Below are positions 59,736 to 64,000 of a DNA stretch of 64,000 nt, one piece after another (the first letter of the stretch is position 1; every line of letters begins with the position of its first letter). This stretch comes from Pseudomonadota bacterium (GTDB lineage Bacteria; Pseudomonadota; Gammaproteobacteria; Steroidobacterales; Steroidobacteraceae): the NCBI GenBank assembly GCA_021807675.1, contig JAKBCR010000005.1, positions 2,919 through 66,918 on the forward strand, given 5' to 3'. Under the pieces are notes generated by a model that made no database searches, had not been told where the DNA came from, and saw only the letters and a program-made list of their open reading frames with translations. Position numbers and translations under genes: made by a program.

Positions 59736-60799
59736 GCGTATTGGACCGCTACATCGTGCGCACCGTGCTGGGCGGGGTGATGCTGGTGATGCTGGTGATG
59801 CTCGTGCTCGGGGGGCTCTTCGTCTTCATCAGCCAGCAGAGCGACATCGGGATCGGACACTACACCGTTGCGGATGCGCTCTGGTACACGCTGCTCAATC
59901 TGCCGCAGCAGATCTATCAGTTGCTGCCGATCACCGCGCTCATCGGCTCGCTCATCGGCTTCGGCCAGCTTGCCCGCGGCAGCGAGCTCACCGTCATCCG
60001 CGCCACGGGTGTGTCGGTGGGGCGGCTCGCGGGCACCGCGCTCATCGCCGCCGCTCTGCTCATCGCGCTCGAGGGTACGCTCGGGGAATTCGTCGCCCCG
60101 CAGCTGCAGGAGGCGGCGAATCAACAGAAGGCGTTCATTCAGTTCAAGAGCGTGGGTTTCGGCGGCGGAACCGGGGCGTGGGTGCGGGACGGCGATCTGA
60201 TCCTGAACGTGGCGAGCCAGTCCGGGTCGCGGCATTTCGCGGGCATGCAGGTCTTCGAGCTCTCGCCGCAGCACACCCTGATCGCCATGGGGCGTGCCGC
60301 GAGCGCAACGGCCCTGGGGCACCGAAAGTGGCTCCTCGGGGGCTACACGGAGTCGCGCTTCACCGGTGAGAAGGTGGCGACGAGCGCGCCGGGGGAGAAG
60401 GTGTTGCAATCGAACGTCACGGCCGGGTTCCTCGGTCTTGCGGTGCAGGACCCTGAGGAGTTGACGCTGCGGGCCTTGTGGAAGCTCATCGGCTACTTCC
60501 ACGCCAATTCGCTGGACGCGCGGCAGTATCTGTTCGCGTTCTGGTCGAAGATCGCCCGGACCGTGGCGATCGCGTTCTCGGTGCTGCTGGCGATACCGTT
60601 CGCCATGGGGTCGATGCGGTCGGCGGGGGCGGGGGCGAGGACGATGATCGGGCTGGTGATTGGGGTCGCGTTCTTCCTGCTGCAGCGGCTGATCGAGAGC
60701 GGGGCGATCGTCTTTAACCTGGACCCGGTCATCTTGGCCTGGTTACCTACCGCGCTGCTGGCTACGGTCACCTTGCTTCTGTTGGCTCGAGCGAGATAG
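59732..60799 (+). CDS. lptG: LPS export ABC permease LptG
   Basis: VLDRYIVRTVLGGVMLV N-terminus. The GTG overlaps the lptF stop (GTGA). Confidence 0.88.
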   Translation: MSVLDRYIVRTVLGGVMLVMLVMLVLGGLFVFISQQSDIGIGHYTVADALWYTLLNLPQQIYQLLPITALIGSLIGFGQLARGSELTVIRATGVSVGRLAGTALIAAALLIALEGTLGEFVAPQLQEAANQQKAFIQFKSVGFGGGTGAWVRDGDLILNVASQSGSRHFAGMQVFELSPQHTLIAMGRAASATALGHRKWLLGGYTESRFTGEKVATSAPGEKVLQSNVTAGFLGLAVQDPEELTLRALWKLIGYFHANSLDARQYLFAFWSKIARTVAIAFSVLLAIPFAMGSMRSAGAGARTMIGLVIGVAFFLLQRLIESGAIVFNLDPVILAWLPTALLATVTLLLLARAR

Positions 60800-60814
60800 G
60801 GGCCGCCTCTCTGG

Positions 60815-61855
60815 CTATTTCACGTGATGCGGGTGGATTGCCGGTGCTTTCTTCTTGGACGGCAGGGGCTTCAAGAGACCGTCCATCGACTGGAAGACCT
60901 CGTCATAGCGGTAGCCGGGGATCTGGTAGTCCCAGCCGTGGAGGCGGGAGTTAATCTGCTGAGCCTCGGCGTCGGCTGATTTTTGAGTGGCGTAGGCGGA
61001 GACGTCGATGTAGTGGTGCTTGGCTTGCTCGTAGCCGCTGATGTCGATCCCGAGGCCGCCGAAGGTCCTGAAGACGGCGTGAGAGAGGGCGGTCCCGCGA
61101 GGCGGGGCGGCGGCCTTGCGGACGTCGGTCAGGGTCAGGTTGGAAAGGGCGCTCCCCATCGAGTCGGCGGCGTCGGCGCCGGTCAGCTCGCGGCCCCGGG
61201 GGATGTCGTGGACGATGAAGTCCGCCTGGGCCTTCTTGGCGCGCGAGACGCTGAAGGCGAAGCCTTTGGCCGGGCGCTCCTCGATCTGACTGATGCGCGT
61301 GTGGGCGATGTCGAGGATGGTCGGGTCGAGCCACTGCTTCGGGCTCGCATCGACCTGGATCAGGGGGCTTGCGAGGAGGCTTCGGGCGGAGTCGACCACC
61401 CGGACGTAACAGCCGTTGCCATCGGCGGAGTGACCGACGATCAGTGACCAGGTCTTTCCGGGGGAAACGATGTCGATGCGGGCTCCCGTAGCCTTGGGGG
61501 AGGTCACATCCTCGACGCCGAGCACCGGATAGTTGCTCGCGATGCGCGTCTTGCGCTCGACTGCCTTCAATGATGCGAGATCGAGCAGGAGCTTGCGCAA
61601 CTTGCCGGAGTCGGCGGGGTAATTGCGCTCGCCGACGACCCAGTCGGTCGCCGTGCGGCTCAAGATGGTCCGAGTATTGCCGGCTTTGGTGATGCGGACC
61701 TGGGTCACCTGGTTGAGAGACCTCTCGAGGCCGGGAAGGACCCGGGTGCCCGCGATCGAGCTCCCGCCGGTCTGGCTGCGGCTCGATACCCAGACGGCGA
61801 GGGCGATGACGGCGATGCCGATCGCGAAGAGAAGTGAGACGCGGCGTGCGGTCAT
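60815..61855 (-). CDS. DUF4340 domain protein (partner of the GldG-type ABC auxiliary component)
   Basis: N-terminal TM anchor and the context downstream of the GldG-like gene. The start overlaps the upstream stop. The family call rests on overall resemblance only. Confidence 0.55.
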   Translation of the reverse strand: MTARRVSLLFAIGIAVIALAVWVSSRSQTGGSSIAGTRVLPGLERSLNQVTQVRITKAGNTRTILSRTATDWVVGERNYPADSGKLRKLLLDLASLKAVERKTRIASNYPVLGVEDVTSPKATGARIDIVSPGKTWSLIVGHSADGNGCYVRVVDSARSLLASPLIQVDASPKQWLDPTILDIAHTRISQIEERPAKGFAFSVSRAKKAQADFIVHDIPRGRELTGADAADSMGSALSNLTLTDVRKAAAPPRGTALSHAVFRTFGGLGIDISGYEQAKHHYIDVSAYATQKSADAEAQQINSRLHGWDYQIPGYRYDEVFQSMDGLLKPLPSKKKAPAIHPHHVK

Positions 61856-63771
61856 TGAGTCTTGTCCTTCTTATCGGTGTCCCCTGGAGCCGAGTCTCCA
61901 GGGGGCGGGACGGCGGGACGGCGGCGCCGAACCGCGGCGATGAGGAGCGCCGCGAGCGCGAAGAGGCCCGGCATGACGATGATGTTGATGACCTTGAGCT
62001 CCGTGCCGAGCCTGTCGATGGCACTGACCAGGCCGGCCTGCACCGCGCGCAGACGCTTGCGAATCTGGAGCTTTTCGTCCTCGAAGTGCTCGATCTCCTG
62101 CTGCTGAGCGGGCGAGAGGATCAGCGCGGATTTGTCATTGCGCTTGGATTGCAGGAGCGTCAGCTGCTGCTCGGTTTGTTGCAGCTCCTGTTTCAGTTGC
62201 GCTTCCTGGGCATGGAAGCGGGCGTCGGCCTGCCGCTGCAGCGCCTGGACGCGCAGGAAAGGCCGGGTGAAGCCGGCGCGGCCGCGCACGCTGATGAGAT
62301 CGGAGCTGCCGGCGAGGTTGTCGAGAGCGTTCAGCACCAGATCGCCATTGGCGGCGAAGGCCTGGGCGATGGGCTGGCCGAAGAGATCCTCCTCATGCAC
62401 CCACAGATAGTTGGACAGCAGGTCGGTATCGGCGAAGACCACCAGGTTCAATGGCTTGGCTGACGCTTTGAGGTCCCGCTGGCCGGCGGGCAATGTCACG
62501 CCCTCGGGGGGGCCGTCCGGGAAGGCGGTCTTCACCATTCCGGTGATGCGCGCGCCGATCGTGTAGCGCTTTCCGGTGGGCTTGAAGCCGTTCAACAGAG
62601 TGGTCGGATCGAGCAACATCGCGAACCGCTGCGCCGGCATCGGCTCGGCATCGGTGCTCGATTGCATCAACGGCTCGAACTTGATCTTCGCCCCCTTGAT
62701 CGGAGTCAGATAGCCGGCCGTCTCCACGTTGACATTCGAGAGGCCCGCGGTGATGACATCGTTCTGCGAGAGCGAGGATTTGCCGAGACCGAGGATTCCC
62801 GCGTCCTCGACCGGCGGCTCGCCCGGGCGCATGGCGACGGAGAGCGCGTGGCCCCGATCGGCGACCACCTCATTCGGATTGAAGTCGACGCCCCAGGCCG
62901 AGAGGAGACGGCCCATGTGCGAGGCGTGGTCCGCCCCCATCGATTCCATGGGATTGGCCGCCGACTGATCCGACTCGGCCAGCGGATCGACGAAGGCGAG
63001 GATGTGTCCGCCGCGCAATGCGTACTGGTCGATCGCGAACTGGGTGGCGGGCGAAAGGTTCTTCGGATCGACGAGCACGAGTACGCGTACGTTCGGGCCG
63101 ATGTGGGTCGCGGTCGTTTGCAGCGTGTGCAGATGAAAGAGCTGCTCGGCCTGCTGGTAGACCACCCAGGGCCGGCGCATTTGTCCCGTCTGCGGGTTGT
63201 ATCCGCCCGTCATGGGCAACGTGGAGAGCCAATCGACCACCGGCTTCTTGGGATGCGCGAGCTGATAAATGAGCTTCGCGACGTCGTACTCGAGGAAGCG
63301 CTGCTTGCTCGGGTCGAAGAAGGGGATCGCCTGCTGGCCGTTGGTCGAGTTGGTCCCGGCGAGCCCGAAGTAGAACTTCGTGCCGGCGGCGTTGAGGGCC
63401 GTGCCGGTGACTCCGAGCTCAGCGGCGCGGTCCTCCTCCACGGAGAACGGCCTGGGATCGATGATGTGCAGGTGGATCTTGCCGTCGGCGCGCTGCGCCA
63501 GCTCCTCGAGGAAATCGCGCACGCGCTGGCCGTAGGGCTGGATCTGCGGAATGGATTCCGCGGCCTTGGCCGAGTAGAAGAAATAGAGGTCGATCGGCTC
63601 CTTGATGCTCTTCAGGATGCGGTCCGTGCCGGGGGAGATGGTGTACAGGCGGTTCTGGGTCAGATCGAGCTGCCAGCCCGCGAGGGAGTCGTTGAAGACG
63701 ATGGTGAGGCCGATGAAGGTGAGCGCCAGCGCGAGAACCGCGCCCCAGCCGAGGGTCGAGCGTTTCGTCAT
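61852..63771 (-). CDS. GldG-family auxiliary component of an ABC-2 transporter
   Basis: N- and C-terminal TM anchors. PIDLYFFYS...GKIHLHIIDP...AELGV. A coiled-coil region near the C-terminus. Confidence 0.7.
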   Translation of the reverse strand: MTKRSTLGWGAVLALALTFIGLTIVFNDSLAGWQLDLTQNRLYTISPGTDRILKSIKEPIDLYFFYSAKAAESIPQIQPYGQRVRDFLEELAQRADGKIHLHIIDPRPFSVEEDRAAELGVTGTALNAAGTKFYFGLAGTNSTNGQQAIPFFDPSKQRFLEYDVAKLIYQLAHPKKPVVDWLSTLPMTGGYNPQTGQMRRPWVVYQQAEQLFHLHTLQTTATHIGPNVRVLVLVDPKNLSPATQFAIDQYALRGGHILAFVDPLAESDQSAANPMESMGADHASHMGRLLSAWGVDFNPNEVVADRGHALSVAMRPGEPPVEDAGILGLGKSSLSQNDVITAGLSNVNVETAGYLTPIKGAKIKFEPLMQSSTDAEPMPAQRFAMLLDPTTLLNGFKPTGKRYTIGARITGMVKTAFPDGPPEGVTLPAGQRDLKASAKPLNLVVFADTDLLSNYLWVHEEDLFGQPIAQAFAANGDLVLNALDNLAGSSDLISVRGRAGFTRPFLRVQALQRQADARFHAQEAQLKQELQQTEQQLTLLQSKRNDKSALILSPAQQQEIEHFEDEKLQIRKRLRAVQAGLVSAIDRLGTELKVINIIVMPGLFALAALLIAAVRRRRPAVPPPGDSAPGDTDKKDKTQ

Positions 63772-63780
63772 GGAGCGCTC

Positions 63781-64000
63781 CTAGTCCGCTTTGCGCAGGT
63801 CGAGGGCGACCGTGGTGGTGAAGAGGAAGAAGCCGATCAGCATCGCGAAATAAAGGAGGTCGCGGGCCTCGAGCACGCCCCTGGAGATCGACTGGAAATG
63901 CGTGAGGAAGGAGAGCGAGGCGATCGCGTCGACGAGCGGTTGCGGCGCCCAGCTCTGGAAGGCGTTGATGACCATGGGATAGCCGGCGAGCAGGAAGGCG
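63781..64000 (-). CDS. ABC-2 type transporter permease, C-terminal part (the gene continues beyond the window)
   Basis: Hydrophobic C-terminus ...LYFAMLIGFFLFTTTVALDLRKAD. The frame stays open to the window edge (AFLLAGYPMVINAF). Confidence 0.6.
   Translation of the reverse strand, partial: AFLLAGYPMVINAFQSWAPQPLVDAIASLSFLTHFQSISRGVLEARDLLYFAMLIGFFLFTTTVALDLRKAD

Noticed and set aside
59777-59803. 9-bp tandem repeat (gtgatgctg x3) in lptG
   Set aside because: It is in frame and encodes (VML)3 within the first transmembrane helix. It is too short to be more than a slippage-prone coding repeat.

Overview
The window is visibly GC-rich (GC not computed) and densely coding. Its gene order resembles a gammaproteobacterial chromosome. 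About 55 protein genes are supportable. I found no tRNA, rRNA, CRISPR array or intact prophage.

Most of the window is core housekeeping in familiar synteny blocks:
- nadC, grxD, rnt-pyrC, aceE-aceF-lpd
- nth, an rnfB-like ferredoxin, metG
- apbC-dcd, purMN, hda, wrbA, proS, pssA-udg-rimI-prfC
- valS/holC/pepA, divergent from lptFG

Accessory or unusual content:
1. A divergent LPLAT(DUF374) | cytochrome P450 - FAAL-ACP module (2.2-6.3 kb).
2. A HEAT-repeat Ser/Thr kinase plus two PilT-family ATPases, wedged between metG and apbC (22-27 kb).
3. A type IV minor-pilin/PilY1 operon (42-48.7 kb), followed by tgpA-DUF58-moxR that is translationally coupled to valS.
4. An unassigned polytopic membrane protein plus an ABC ATPase after the pdh operon.
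5. A family of about 100-bp composite palindromic (REP/BIME-like) elements at gene ends. One lies inside a C-terminal extension of the nth ORF.
6. A TnpB (IS200/IS605-family) C-terminal relic with a perfect 19-bp hairpin inside the holC-valS spacer.
7. Two 10-nt G/C homopolymer tracts, both in intergenic DNA next to pilus-related genes.

The ORF track renders GTG/TTG starts as M, and it omits a GGDEF gene that runs off the 5' edge. Many long listed ORFs are antisense artefacts of the high GC. All functional calls come from motif recognition by eye, with no database search.
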